Source of the DNA: Euglena gracilis
Lineage: Eukaryota
Direction of reading: 5' to 3'
Length of the DNA: 64,000 bases
Assembly (NCBI GenBank): GCA_039621445.1
Contig: CP154954.1
Location: 29,521,411-29,585,410, forward strand
A model generated the notes under the pieces. It saw only the letters and a program-made list of their open reading frames with translations. It was not told the origin of the DNA and searched no databases. Shown here piece by piece: positions 14,901 through 28,400 of the stretch (within the stretch, counting starts at the first letter, position 1; each line of letters begins with the position of its first letter). Both the position numbers and the translations under genes were made by a program.

Positions 14901-17500
14901 GAACCAGGTGCAAGAAAAAATCGAAACTGCAAAAAAGCCCCAGAAGCTGCTAATTACGCAAACAATTGATCTTTTCGACCCCAAAAATTTGCCCTGGCCC
15001 CAGGTAACCCCTGGGTTCCCCCGGAGGTGAGCCGGCCCAAAGCCAACCCATTTTTTTGCCAATTTTTGGCCCACTTTTGAACCAGAATTTTTTTTTAAGT
15101 CAGAAGATCCGGGTGGGTGGGTGGGTGGGTCCTGGACCCCCCCCCCCCCCCCCGGTCCCGGGCAGGAGACAAGGGTATGGGTTTCAGCGCAAAGCGCCGA
15201 AAGTTTTTTTCTTTGGGAAATGGCCTCAGACGCGTCTGGGGTCCCCCCCCCCGCGTCCCACGCCAAGCGGGGTCTTAAAAAGAAGCCTGCCCACCCTGGT
15301 GCAAGGCATTCTAAGACTTTCAAGGCATTTTGGCCCAAAAATTTAAGGCACATTTTAAGGCATTTTAACGTTTTTAAAGACACCTCAAAAAATGATGATG
15401 CCTGGTTATGGGCAGGGCAGGCAACCATAGCACAATGCACCCCCCCAGGTTGGTGAAAATAAAAGCTGCCCCAAGGTTTCCCATACGACCACAAGCCAGG
15501 TAAGGCGGTTACCCTTGACGTTCCCAACTGGAGTCCTTACCTCTGGGCTACACGAGCCTTGGCACCTATCCCTGCCATGACCCTAAGGTCACTGAGGAGC
15601 AAATGCTTCAAGACCTGAACGAGGTGGCAGAGGGCAACCAGCACCTGCTGAACCAAATAAAGTCTAATTACCGGATTGAGAAGTCGGCCGTGGAGGCGTG
15701 TAAGAATGCCCACGCCATTGTGGTGTTGGCGAGGGAAGTGCAAATCGCCACCTCACCACCACTGATCAGTTGTTTTTTTGTGTCAGATTTGTTGGGCTTG
15801 GGGGCCATGATGTCGGCCCAAACAAACAGCTCCCACGGTTGATTGTGACCCCGATTGAAGATTGTCCCTGGAAATTTGACTCTCTCTCTGTTCAGCTTTC
15901 GCAGAGTCCGCACCAGGACGGCGCTGAACCCTCTCACCCGGACGGTTGAACTTCCCTACCGAAGACCGAATGGGACGAGTTCAAGACGCTGGATTACCAG
16001 CAGATCTTCAAGGAGATGACGAAGCCCGCCTTCCTGTTTGATGGGCGTGGGTACCTGGACCTGAAGGTCAGGCCATTGCTCCGGGTGGGGGATACGATGA
16101 ACGTCCCTTCTGTGTCCAGACCGCATGGTAATACCTCCCCGGCGGCAACTGTCACCCCCTCAACTTTTGGCAACTTGCCAATGGCAAAAAAAAATGCACC
16201 AAAGATGGAGTCTTTGGAAGTTTTTGTTGTTGATCAATCTCTGGATGTACGCATGAACTCGGGATTTGAATGCTCAAGAATGTGCTTGAAGGGATCAAAA
16301 GTGTTTTCAAGAGATCGGAAATTTACAGAGATCGGAAAGTTACTGATTATTCGTCTACCCCAGCGGGCAAATGTCACCCCCTCTGCCCTTTTTGCCGTCC
16401 CCCAATTTTTCAGCCCCCCCCCCCACATCTGCTGGCTAAATTGTTGTGTGACAATTGCTGGGGGGGGGCAAGGTTCAATATACGGAGGGTGTGCGGGGTT
16501 TAGGTGGGGTGGGGTGCCTCCCCTCCTGGAACAGGGGGGTCGGACCATGCCATTGCTTAACACCTGTCCAACTCCCCCCCCCCCCCCCCCGGGTGACTGA
16601 TTGGTTTTTTCAGAGGGAACTGACTGGTTTTCTGGCCAAGACCCCCCGGGGGGGGGGCAGGCCTGAAAATGAAAAGTGGCTGGCCTGGCACCAAATTTTT
16701 TTGGATTTTTTGAGATTTCTTGGCAAATGTTCATTGCATATTCAAGAGTGCCCCCCCCCCCCCCCCCGGGGGGTAAAGTGACTGACTGGTTTTTCGGAAA
16801 AAGTGACTGACTGGTTTTTTCAGAGTGGAAAGTGACCCCCCGGGTCGCCAAGTAATGGTATGGGTCGGACACCCTCCCCCTGCCAAGGGAGGGGTTCCAG
16901 ACCAACCCTCCCCCCAAAAAATCAAAAAACATAGTTTAATTTTCCTTCTGACACTTTTCACTTTGCGCTGGAAAATTTTGACAAATTTCGCCCCAAAAAG
17001 TGTCCAAAATGACATGTTTGCCATTTGGGGTTAATTTTTTTTGGGCCGCCGCTTCGCGCTGGCCGAAAACAGTCAGCCGGACTGCGCCACTGTTTAGGTC
17101 GGGGGGCAATTCCCTGCCACCCTTCTACACCAGATGGGAGGTCCGCCCCCCCCCCCCGCCTTTATATCAAACCCTGGGGGGGGGGGGGCAGCCCTCTCCA
17201 GAAGTTTCCCGCACGGCTGCGTGGAGAAGCCGCGGCCTGGAGCCGGCCCTGCGGGAAATCGGCTTTGATGTCTTTTCCATCGGCCGGACAAAGGCCCCCA
17301 AGCGGTACACAATTGGTATTACAATTGAGCCACTTGATCTTTATCCATCTGCCCCTGATGGTGTCCGCTCATTCCGACGTCCCCTCTCACCGGACTGCCC
17401 CTCTCAGATGGGGAAGGCTGCATGTGTGGGTGTGGGTGGGTGGGTGTGTGTGTGTGTGTGTGTGTGTGTTTGTGTCACAACAGAAATGTACTGCTCCTGA
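2922..17500 (+). CDS. UGDH: UDP-glucose 6-dehydrogenase, copy 1 (exon 1 lies upstream of the window; altered last exon)
   Basis: Exons 2922-3109, 5799-5879, 8141-8237, 8950-8988, 9157-9209, 9703-9777, 11048-11225, 11766-11887, 12670-12859, 15579-15727, 15964-16065, and 17245 onward. Exons 2-12 have the same lengths as in copy 2. Small insertions near 17295-17340 put the copy-2 stop out of frame, so the frame runs to 17500. Confidence 0.9.
5519..5786. mobile_element. CAG...CTG MITE (hAT-like) at the 3' end of UGDH intron 2
   Basis: TIR CAGGCTTCTTT/AAAGAAGCCTG; TSD attcctgc/atccctgc (7/8 match). Also present in copy 2. Confidence 0.8.
6684..6920. mobile_element. CAG...CTG MITE (hAT-like), perfect 8-bp TSD
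   Basis: TIR CAGGGGTTTTTTT/AATAAATCCCCTG; TSD aaggacac on both sides. Copy 2 at 29379-29610. Confidence 0.88.
11246..11340 (+). repeat. Pentanucleotide microsatellite (CAACA/CACCA/CAGCA)n; copy at ~33931-34025
   Basis: Read directly from the sequence. Confidence 0.9.
12012..12550. mobile_element. CAG...CTG MITE (hAT-like), perfect 8-bp TSD
   Basis: CAGGCTTTTCTT...AAGAAATAGTCTG; TSD cttcccat on both sides; internal duplication. Confidence 0.85.
13934..14203. mobile_element. CAG...CTG MITE (same family as 6684-6920), perfect 8-bp TSD
   Basis: CAGGGGTTTTT...AAAAATCCCCTG; TSD attccaca on both sides. Confidence 0.88.
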
Positions 17501-17539
17501 GAATTCCCCCTCCCCAGGCACCAAGTGGGGCTGGTTTTG

Positions 17540-17995
17540 CAGGAGGGGGAAATTGATATCCGCAATTTTTCTGCAATTTCCGCAATTTTTCCGCAATTTG
17601 TCCCCAATTTTTTTTTTATTTTTTTCGCAGAATTTTTTTCCCACCACCGAAGATGGAAGATGCAATGAGTTCAAGCCATTCTTCAAATGGATCAACAGGT
17701 GTGCTATTGTGTTTTGTTCCCCCCCCCAGTTTACCAATTTTTCTCACAGGTGCACCACTGGTCACAGGATTGGGTGCGTCCTACCTGTGCAAGAACTTCA
17801 AGCGTGTTGATTTGTGCTCGCCCACATCGACGTGGGTGTTGTGGTGTTCTGAACCTCACAATTGAAAAATTTCTAGTCCCCTCAAGCAGAAATGTGTATA
17901 TTCCAGATATCAATTTTCCGCAAGTTTTCCGCAATTTTCCACAGTTTTTCCGCAATTTTTCCCGAAGGCCTCCGATATCAATTCCCCCCCCCCTG
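17540..17995. mobile_element. CAG...CTG MITE with 7-bp TSD
   Basis: CAGGAGGGGGAAATTGATATC...GATATCAATTCCCCCCCCCCTG; TSD ggttttg on both sides; subterminal ccgcaatttt repeats. Confidence 0.78.
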
Positions 17996-18986
17996 GGTTT
18001 TGGACGGAAGGTCCCTACACTGCGGTTCCAATTGCGATTACACTGTGATTTCCTTTGGACGTCCTTTTTTTGCATTTTCTTTCCAGAGGCTTGCAAATGC
18101 AATTAACCCCCCCCCCCAAATAATAACCCCCCCCCCCCCGGTTTATTATTTGGGCACCCAAAGTCGGGGTCCAGGGGGGTTTATTATTTGGGCAAAAAAT
18201 TCGAAGACAAAATTGACCCGAAAACCCCTCCACAGGCTCCAATGGTCACTTTTTTTGGCATTTTGGGGCTTTTTTTTGAAAATTGGGTGCTTTTTTGGCA
18301 GGGCTCCATCAAATTTTTTTCCAAAAGCGTTCAGAAAATTGGGGCATTTCTAGAGGAATTTTGCAGAATGCGTATACCAGAACTAACAAAAGAGCAATAG
18401 TCCGACATGTTAGGGATATGGTGACCAAACACTTCCCAACACCGCGGGATGGGTCTGGGTGGGGGGGAAGTGTTTGCCAGACAGGGCACTCCAGGGCACC
18501 GCGAGCCTGAAAGTGGTCCCCCAAATAAGACCTGACCCAAAATTTGGGCCAGGCCCCAAAAAGCGTCACTTTCCAGGTTTCCAAAAACACCCAAAATTTT
18601 TCATCTGTGCTCCACGCCATGTGTCAACATGTGTCATGTGTGTTATAAATTGAATTCACCCAGTGTTGTTGTGCTTCAAAAGTGTCAAATAATTGTTATC
18701 CAGGAAAAATTTTCATCTCCAGCGCTTTGCACCGTCAGTGGGAGTCTGGAATTGGCGGGGGGTTTTTTTTAGATTTTTTCTTTGTCGGCCCAGTGGGGGG
18801 GGGACTTCCTTTTGGGGAGGTCTTACAGTAATAATAGTGGGCATAATAGGACGCCTGAAAATTGGTGGGTCGAATCTAGGGCAGAACGGGAATCGGCCAA
18901 ACCGCCAGGGTGGTGGTGTGGGGGGGTGACTACCCCCCCCCCTGCATTGGCGGTGGGAGAAAGATCATACTGGGCGTGTATTTTTT

Positions 18987-20134
18987 CAGGGTTTCCCACT
19001 GATTCGTACACGAATAAGTACGAATACGTACAAATAAGTACGAATTGCCGAGGTCTGCCAAAATACGAATTAGTACGAATAAGTGCGAATGAAGAATTCC
19101 CCAGTTACGAATAAGTACGAATTGCCAAGTAGAAAAAGGTACCCCCCCCCCCTTTATTTGACCCCCCCCCCCTTAATTGAGCATTTGGGTCCGGGAAAAA
19201 AAATTTTTCATGCGCCGAAGGCGCCGAAAATTTTTTTTTGCCCTATTTCTAAAGGAATTTTTGACCCCCCCTTATTTGACCCCCCCCTTATTTGAGCATT
19301 TGGGGGGTCCGTTGGCCCGTGGGTGTGCTCAAATAAAGGGGGGGGGGGGTACATTTTTTTACACCATTGCACTGAGTTGAAGGTCCCCTCACACTTCTCT
19401 GTATGTGATGCACATCTTACGCTGCAGCATATCTTACGCTGCAGGACGCCTCATGTCCTCTTTTCCCTCAGAAAATGATTTTTAGGTTTGCCCATCAACA
19501 AGTTAGACCATCCATCCGTCAGGGGACTCATCCGAAAGTACACATCTGTACATGGCAGTGTGAAAGAGGGGAATAGTTTGCACCGGTCAGTGGTCAGAGT
19601 GTATACCACACACATTGCGAGCATAAGGAAATCTTTGAGCGGGAAGAAAGTGTGGCTCACAAAATTGAATTGCCCTGGTCTGAATGGTCTTTCAGTTTGG
19701 CAGGACTGATTGATGTCAAAACCGCCAACACATGTCATCTAACCTTCGGCAAGCAGCTGTTGGCATGTTTTGCAATGGTGACTGCGAAGAACGCTTTGCA
19801 CACCGTTAATCAATCCGCTCGTTTCATTTTGAGTATTTGTTCGTGCATGGCATGCTGGACAACATCAGTCGCAAAGAAGGAATGTGTTTTTCCTGTAATG
19901 TTTTGTATTTTTTTCTCACAGCGCGATTTTTTTTCACTTAGATAGTTTCTCAAGTGAATGACTTGTTTTCCTTGTTTTTCCCGGTTTCAGAACGTTGAAG
20001 ATGTGCCCAAGGAATATACATGGCCCTTTTTTGAAGTACGAATAAGTGCGAATAAGTACAAATAAGTACGAATAAGCACGAATAAGTACGAATGGGCAAG
20101 GGAGTCCCCAAGTACGAATCAGTGGGAAACCCTG
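18987..20134. mobile_element. Non-autonomous DNA transposon, 23-bp perfect TIRs, 7-bp TSD, with a nested TA-MITE (19142-19349)
   Basis: CAGGGTTTCCCACTGATTCGTAC / GTACGAATCAGTGGGAAACCCTG; atttttt on both sides; subterminal tacgaataag repeats; possible hAT remnant (LTDGWSN) on the minus strand. Confidence 0.82.
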
Positions 20135-21400
20135 ATTTTTTGAGGTTGCTTTTTGTGTTTTTTTTTGAATTTATAACAATCTTTTTTTCAAAAAAAAAGT
20201 CCACGAGGGTTTGGAGGGAAGGAAGAATTACTGACCGCCCTTGTTGGTCAATCACCTCTTGGGCAACAGGCCAAAACAAAGAGAATCCTCTGGCCCAGGG
20301 AATGAGTGTACCATCTTTTGTGTCTAGTGCCTTTGTTTGCAACCTGACCTTGAAAAATTTTATGTTACACCTAACACCTGAGTTTTTAACACTTCACACC
20401 TCTAATTTTGTTCTTTCGGTCATTTTTTTTGCATTTTATCTCAAGAATGTTTGCACATGCCAACAATTTGTCTGCACTTTATCTCAAAAATGTTTGCACT
20501 GAATCCCGAAAATTTTTGCGCTCGGATCGGATGTTTTGCACAGTTGCCCTTTGAAACTCCAATCGAAATGGATCTTTTTCCATAAAGTGACGGAGGGCAA
20601 TTTTTTCCGAAACAAGTGCAAACATTTTTGGGATGCAGTGCAAAAAATTTTGAGGCTTTTGGGCAATTTTTTGAGGGCGCTGGGCAAAATTTTGACAGGT
20701 CGTGGGCAAACATTTCAGACGCTAGGTGTAGTGATCTTTGTTTGAAGGCCCCCCCCCGAATGTTCCGTGTGTTCGTTCGAAGGTCCGCAATGGAATATTC
20801 GAGGCAGCCTCACCACTGGGGGGTCGGCACACCCCTCCCCCCCCCCCCTCACCGACCCCCTCGCCACGCCATTTCCCCCCCCCCCCCCTTTTCAGACCCC
20901 CTCGCCACGCCATGTCAGCCGCGCCAAAGAAAATTTTCTTGGAAAACCCCCGCGCACCCCTCCCCCCCCCATCCGGGACCCCCTCGCCACGCCAAACCCC
21001 CCCCCCCTAGCCGGACGGCTCGCCACGGCGTGCCGACCCCCCACTGGACCCCCCCTTTTTCCTTACCCTCACCACCCCCCCCCATTTGGCTGATGGCCGG
21101 GCTCCCCTTTGGACCCACCTAGCCAATTAGGAGGGGGCATTTTGGCTCGTGCAAGCAACGACATCGGGGGGCGCTTGGGAGCTTGGAAAATGGAAAAGGT
21201 GCTGGCTGGACCGGGGGGGGGGGGTAGAGGTGTGGTACTGGTGGCTGGCCCAAGTGATATGCAAAACCTGGCAGCCCATGTTTTGACGAGGCACATTTTT
21301 CGTTGGCCAAAAAAATACAGACAAATTTGAATGATGTCAAAGAAAACGTGTGCCCCCCCCCCCCCGCTTCCTGAACCACCACATGGTCAAATGTCATTTT

Positions 21401-22097
21401 GGTACTTGTCTGTTATCGCACGACATACCCCCCCCCCTTTCGGTTAATACCGTGCCCCCCCCCCCCCCCCGAGCTATTCCCCCCCCCCCCGAGCTATTCC
21501 CATTGGGGGTACGGGAATACCTCACTGTCATAGCACTTTTTATAAAGAACTTCCAAGAAAGTGGTCAAAAATCGACGTTTTGGACCATTTTCAAAAATCA
21601 CCTTTTGGCAAATGTGCACAAAATTGACCATTTTTTAAAAACAACACAAAAAGTTGCAAAAAATGCCCCCTTTTGGGTTGCCCGAGGGTCGGGTATGGGA
21701 ATAGCTCGGGGGGGGGGGACCTAGGCCCCCCCCCCCGAGCTGTTCCCCCCCCCGTACTGTTCCCATTGGGCCGTAAAGGGTCCCGGGGGCGGAAATATCT
21801 TGGGGGGGGGGGGGGCACGGTATAAAAATAAGGCACGACGCCTTATTTTTAGGTTTTATAGGGTTATTTGAAGGAGTAGGGTTAGGTGCGCACATGCCAT
21901 GTTGCGCTACATGGCCACGTTGCACTACATGGCCACGTTGCGCCACATGGCCATGTAGCGCAACGTGGCCATGTAGCGCAACGTGGCATGTGCGCACCTA
22001 ACCCTATTCCTTTAAATAACCCTAAATAACCCAAAAAAAGGGTGTCGTGCGATAACCGAAAGGGGGGGGGGATGTCGTGCGATAACAGACAAGTACC
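21401..22097. mobile_element. Merlin-like MITE (GGTAC TIR, 8-bp TSD) with a nested TA-flanked MITE at 21450-21820
   Basis: 26-bp perfect TIR GGTACTTGTCTGTTATCGCACGACAT; TSD gtcatttt on both sides. Inner element TA-CCGTGCCCCC...GGGGGCACGG-TA. 18-bp repeats form a hairpin at ~21883-22000. Confidence 0.78.
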
Positions 22098-22430
22098 GTC
22101 ATTTTTGCATGGTTGGCCCCCATGTATGGTTGGCCAACACCCCCTCCCAAATTGATGGACCTTCCCTACAACATTGTAATTGAAAGTACCCCCAGGTTCC
22201 TTTTTAAGGCTCCAGGTCGCCCAAAGTCGGGACGCATTAGGGTATTTCAAAAAAAAATTCTTCACAGCTTCGCCCCAAAATTGAAACCGCCTCATATTAC
22301 CCTCACCCCCTGGGCGATTCCCTTATTCTGGTTCTCATCGTGTTTCACCGCAGTTACAGGTATCTGGGCTCCTCCAAGTGGTATTTAAAACAGTTATTTC
22401 TTTGTTTGGCGTAGAATGGCAGGACTCTCA

Positions 22431-22449
22431 CAATAATTTTGTTTTTCAG
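22431..22449 (+). promoter_or_regulatory. Probable spliced-leader trans-splice acceptor (pyrimidine tract + AG)
   Basis: caataattttgtttttcAG lies 8 nt upstream of the UGDH ATG. Euglenozoan mRNAs receive an SL at such sites. This is inference; it could instead be a 5'UTR cis-acceptor. Confidence 0.55.
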
Positions 22450-22457
22450 GGCACAAA

Positions 22458-25400
22458 ATGGCTGACTTCAAAGTGAAGATTTTGTGCATTGGCGCTGGGT
22501 ACGTTGGTGGTCCAACGATGGCAGTCATCGCTTTCAAATGTCCCTGACAGGGTTTCACATCCCAGCAAAGACAGGAGGAGACCGTGACTTGGGGGTTGGG
22601 TGAAGAAACCCCTGGTTTTGGTCTCGAGATGGGACCACTGCAAGTTCAGCCTCCCCGGATGGCCTGGCGAAGCTGGATTGAATATTTTTTGAAAAAAAGA
22701 GTGAGAATGGCATGGCAATTTGAGGGATTTCGGTTTTAAGCTTTCAGTTCCAAATTTTGGCGGAAAAATTCCAACCCACTGGATTCGGGCCCCGGGCGGA
22801 TATTGGCCATGCTTGCTCTGGAGGTTGGGCCGACCTAGGTCGGCACGGCCCAACCATGCTGTTATCGACCTCTGGAGGTCGACAGAAATGGCCACTGCAC
22901 CGCATTACCCCCCCCCCTTTTCAAAGAACTGGTCGGCCCGACCTGTTGCAGTTGCCGACCATATGGTCGGCCTGACCAATTGGAGGTCGGGCCGACCATA
23001 TGGTCGGTAGAAATGACCTCAATGGTTTTCCTTTTCAAAAGCATCCATCCAAACCCTTGGCCAAACCCCGGAACATAAGAAGGCCATTTTCGCATATACC
23101 CTCACCCCCCCTAATTGCCCCCCCCCCCCCCAATTGGCTAATTGAGGGTCCCGTTGGACGGTCCATTAGCCAATTTGGGGGGGGGTCGGGCTTATTGCCC
23201 ATTGGCCGGGGTTATCCCCCCCTAATTGTCCCCCCCCTAATTGGCTACCACTCCCCCCCTTATTTGACCCCCCCCCTTAATTGAGCATTTGGGTCCGGGG
23301 AGGAAATTTTTTTAGGCGCCGAAGGCGCCGAAAAAATTTTTTGCCCTCTCGCAAAGCCAAATTTTTGACCCCCCCCCTTATTTGAGCATTTGGGGGGTCC
23401 CTTAGCCCGTGGGTGTGCTCAAATAAGGGGGGGGTAATTGGGGGTCCGAAGGAGCCCGGCCATTAGCCAAATAGGGGGGGTGAGGGTACCCATAAGCTAG
23501 GGGGCATTGCAAAACAATTCCTGGTGGCGTTAACCCGTGGCCAAAAAGAATTTCTGACGTTATTTGAAGGGTTATATGAGTTGGGTTAGGGTTATGATTC
23601 TTATGCAAACAGCAGAACATTTCCTGCTCAACGTTGTTAGATTGGTCTCTACAAGGTTCCCAGCAATCCCAAAGAGCCGCCCAACTTGGGTTAAAAACAT
23701 GGGGGGACCTGAGCGAGGCGCCAGCAAGGGTCCCCCCATGTGCATTAACCCCAGTTGGGCGGCTCTTTGGGGTAGCTGGTACCGTGTAGGAGCCAATTTA
23801 TCCCGTTTCTGAACAGCCGGCTGCAGCCCTCAAAAATTTTCAGGCTTCAACAAGATGCACTTGCCAATCGAGCCCTGGATTCGGGCTTTCTTGCCTGTTT
23901 TCGAGGTGCCAGCCCGGTTCAGCTGCCAGTAGACCCCTTTTCCAGCCAGCACCTTTTTTCCCCTAGCGGTAACCCCCCCAGGGTCTTTAAGGAAACCCCT
24001 GGACTGAACCATTATTTCCAGAGTGGAAGTGTTGATTTTTGAGTCATTTTGGTCCCGGTGGCCAGAGACCGACCCTGGAGGGGTTGGGGAGTTGGGTGAT
24101 TGGTTTTCCAGATCCCCCCCCCCGGGGGGGTGTTGCTGAGCAACGGTATAATTCTGATTAAGGATGTCAAGAATAAACAACCTGTTTGTACCCGCCCCCC
24201 CCCCTTGTCCCCTTGTCCACCGACCACCCCTACATACCGACCACCCCCGGGCCGGGGGTTGCAGGTTGGGGGGGGGTGTACGACCACCCCCCGGTCGGGG
24301 GTTGCAGGTGACCACCAAAATGTTTTTACCTCTCATGTGCTTGTCGACCAGCTTTTTTCCCGTGTTTCCTGTCCATTGAGTGTTCCTCGTGTTCCCTCCG
24401 GGGAGTCCTGTTTTGTTTGAGCATAGCACCTCTGTTGTTGCTATGGTTATTGGTCCCTTACCTCATGGGGAGAAATATTACCGTTATGAAATTGCACCTT
24501 TTTTTGGCTTTTGGTTTTGTTTTGGCCCTAGTGGTACGACCACCCCCGGTCGGGGGTTGCAGGTTGGGGGGGGGTGTACGACCCCCCCCCCCCGGGGCGG
24601 GGGACGAAGGACCCCGGTCGTTGGACAAGGGGGGGGGGGGGGCGGGTACAACAAGGCAATGGTTTTGCCAAATAAAAGTTTCATGCATGCTTTTTTGTTG
24701 GTTTTGGGGGGTTAAACATGTTTCTCAGTCTGAAGTGTTTGTTTTGAACAACATCTTTGGCCCTGACCCCCAAGGGTGCATGGAGAGAGCCAGGGTGGTC
24801 TATACGGGACGGGATTTTTCTTTTTTTTCCTGTTCAGGACGGCCCTGAAGCCCTCAGGCCTAAGAGTCTGTCTGCCAAGGGCAGAACTGGGGGGCGTGAA
24901 CCGGGTCGGGAGGAGCCCAGGTAACCGCGGTGTAACCGCAGTGAGAACAAGAGCAAAGGTATCAGTATCAGTCCAATGCTTCATGACAAGGGGGTTGGAG
25001 GGGGGGGAAGCCCCCCCCCCCCAAATGAGACCCGGGATTTTTTGGGTCCGTTACTTGAAAACTGCAGGGGTTCTTATTTTTGGGGGATCTTATTTTTGGA
25101 TTTTTTTTTGACCAACCTGGACCCAAAGACATCATTTTCCAGGTTCCCAAAAAAACCAAAAGTATTCCTTCGACGCTTCGCGATACGCGTAAATTGGTTC
25201 AATTCATCTTTTAGCCTGTTTTTGGAACTCAAATATCCCAAATTGTTGACAGGTGGAATCCAAACCAAGATCATCGTGTGAATTGAAAGAGAATTTTGAC
25301 CTCCATTACCTTGCGGTTACACCGCGGTGTGACCGCGGTGCAACCGCGGTGATAACCGCGGTGTGGGCTCCTCCTCAAAAACAAAAAGGTCGAAACATGC

Positions 25401-28400
25401 ATTTTTCGACCTTTTGGGTGGATGGGCGATGGTCCAAGGATGCCGGAAATCACATTTTCTGCCGAATTCGAGCCGCTTTTGCCAAAATTTGGCTCTTTTT
25501 TGCCCATTCTTCCTCTGGGGTTTCATTGAATGTGCTGGGACAGCAGATTTATTTTATTCTTTTTATCTTCCCCCTGGCGAGAGCACAGGAGGTAACAGTT
25601 CCTCTCATCGGAAGCCCTGTGACAGATGTCAAGGTGACCATCCATGATATCAATCAGGCGCGGATTGATGCCTGGAACTCAGACCAACTTCCAATCTATG
25701 AACCGGGACTGGAGGAGATTGTAAAGCAGCAGCGTGGCAAGAACCTTTTCTTCACCACCAGCTTCGATGAGGAACTCCAAGAAGCGGATATTGTGTTTAT
25801 GTCTGTGAACACATTCAGGGAGTGGCATTAATGGGAGAAGAATGCTGGAATGATTGTGAAAGAAGTGTGACTAAACCCCCCCCCCCCGATGGTGGAGGGT
25901 GATGTGGGCTTTTTGGGAATCCCCCCACAAGTCACACGGAGAGTCGGCAGGGGGGGTTGGGGTGGTGTACATGCCACTGGGACGGTGTTGCCAACAGGTA
26001 AATGCCGCTGTGTAAACCCTGTCAGGTGCATGTGCATGATGGTGTGTGTGGCAAACCCCGAACTGCCCCAAGAGAACGCTGGAACAAAGAACAACTGAAC
26101 AGTGTTTTTTCCAGTCTGGCCGAATACAGACAAGCTGTGGGCAACCACATTTTGGTGAAAAGACTCCGATGGGTGGTGGTGGTATTGCAATTTTCTCTCT
26201 CGGTAGGGTCAAGGGTAAGCTTCTGTAAAGGCCCCAAAAATTAAAAAAAATTGCAAAAAAATTGTAAAGAAAATGGTGGCCTGGATGAGATAATGATTCA
26301 AAAAAGAACCTGGATTCTGGGATGGAAAGCCGCAAAATATTATGGTGTGGGACAGTGGGATCTGCCTACAAGCCTCAGGTAACCAAAAGTCAGGATTACA
26401 TTTTCTGGGACCGAAGAAATCACATACCCCCTTCCCCCCCTTGTCCAAGACACAGCGTGTCGTTGACACCCCCCCCCTGTCAACGACTCTTTTCTGGAGC
26501 ACATTTTTTCTCTTGTATTTTTTTTAAAGGATATTCAGCCAAGTCATTTGAAAATTGTGTCACATCTCCTTGCCATTTCTTTATTTGTTTTCCCCTATGA
26601 ATTTGGTGATTTGGTGCAATATGAGGGGTCAAATGGTGCAATTTGTGGAGGACATGGTCATTGGGCCATCAAAAAGTTCGTTGTCATTGTCCGCGCTGTT
26701 GACAGAGCTTGTCGTTGACATCCCCCCATGTCAACAGCACTTTCCTGGTGCGTGCCTTGGCCAAGGGGAGGGGAGGTGGGTACCTTGTGAAAATGGCCGA
26801 AGGCCATGCCGCAGGCAACAGCCCTTCATTGAAGAGAGCACCATCAGAGACCATGGCAGATTAACGGTCCCCCACTAGGGCGCCAATTTTTGCAATGGGT
26901 CGAAAATTAAGCAGCAGTCAAAAAACGCATTTTCTCAGACCACAATCTCAGAACACAAGAGAAAGTTGGTCGATTTTGGGGAGCAATTTCAGGCATACTT
27001 GGACCCCCATCCAAGTCTGGTAATTCTTCATTCAATTCAACCTTGCATTTGGGGGGGGTTGCGATATTTTGCGAGATATTGCACCGTCTTGCGATATTGG
27101 CGATATTTTCGATATTTGCGATGTTATTGCTGATACCGCGATATATTGCGGTTATTTTTTTAAGCCCCCCCCCCCCCCGGGAAAATGTTAGTCACAACCT
27201 TGGCCAGCGGAATTCAGCCTTTCGCCATTCACCCTAATAGAGAACCCTCCAAAACAGTAAGTGCCCTCGGTTACTAGAATTTCCAGTGCCTCATTGGTGA
27301 CACCCCAAGATTCCTCTTCAATGGGATCCACCACAATGTCATCTTCATCGTCAGAGTCAACTAAAATCTGTTGACAGTACAAAAAGAACGGTGCAAAATT
27401 TGTCAAATACCCTGCGGGGGGGGGGGTCTGAGGGCAACCGCGCGGGCGGTGTTCGGCCCAAAGGGGGGGTTGGGGTTGCGGGGGGGGGGGGGGGCGGGTG
27501 AGGAACGGGGTTTGCGTCATGCGTGACTTGTGTGACGTCATTCTTTCCTCTAATTTTAAAACCCAATCAGGAATTTGCGTGCCATTTGGGTCCAAAAATA
27601 GGTCCAATTGGGAATTTGGGACAAATTATTCATACTTTTGATTCCTAACTGAGTGGCAAATTCCTAGTTAATCCGAATTTTTTGTACTTTTTTTGAATCC
27701 AGAATTGGGTTCAGAGTGGGGTCGGGGGGGGGGTCGCGGAGGAAACGCCCAAAATAGGGCCTTGCCCCATCCACCCATCCAGGTGCGCCGACCCCGCCCC
27801 CGACATTTTGAGGAGAGGGTGAGGAGGAGACACATGGGTGCAACCTCATGGAAACCTCTGGACTGATTATGCATATTATGCACTGAACAAACACTGTTAT
27901 GCACTGTTTTCTTCAAATTTAAGGTTTAATTTCTTTAAATTAAGGTTCACCTTTTTTTCATTTTAAATTGTAGCTTTGGTACAAACATTGAAATTTCATT
28001 TCACACCGCTCATGGAGGTGGTCACCCCTGCATGTTCCTCCAACAACTGTGGGCAAACCAAATCCCAAAAAAAAATGAAAAAAATGGCATATGAACCAGA
28101 GAAAAGAAAAAGCACAAAAACCGAAAAAAAATCAAAAATTAAAATCAATATTCATGCATACAATCTTGGGCATTGGTGAAATTTGTGCAGCAGAAAGTTG
28201 GTGGATTCCTGCCAGGCTTCTTTTTGTTTCGGAAAGTTGCACCCCCCGGGGGGTTGTGGGCCGGCAGGAGGGTAGGGCACCTTCAACCCCCCCCCCCCCG
28301 GGAGCCGGTTTCGGGGTGGGTAGTGCTAAAATGGCCGTTTTCAAGGGAAATTTGCCTGTGTCAGCAGGCACCACATGCCGAAACCGACCCCCCCCCTGGG

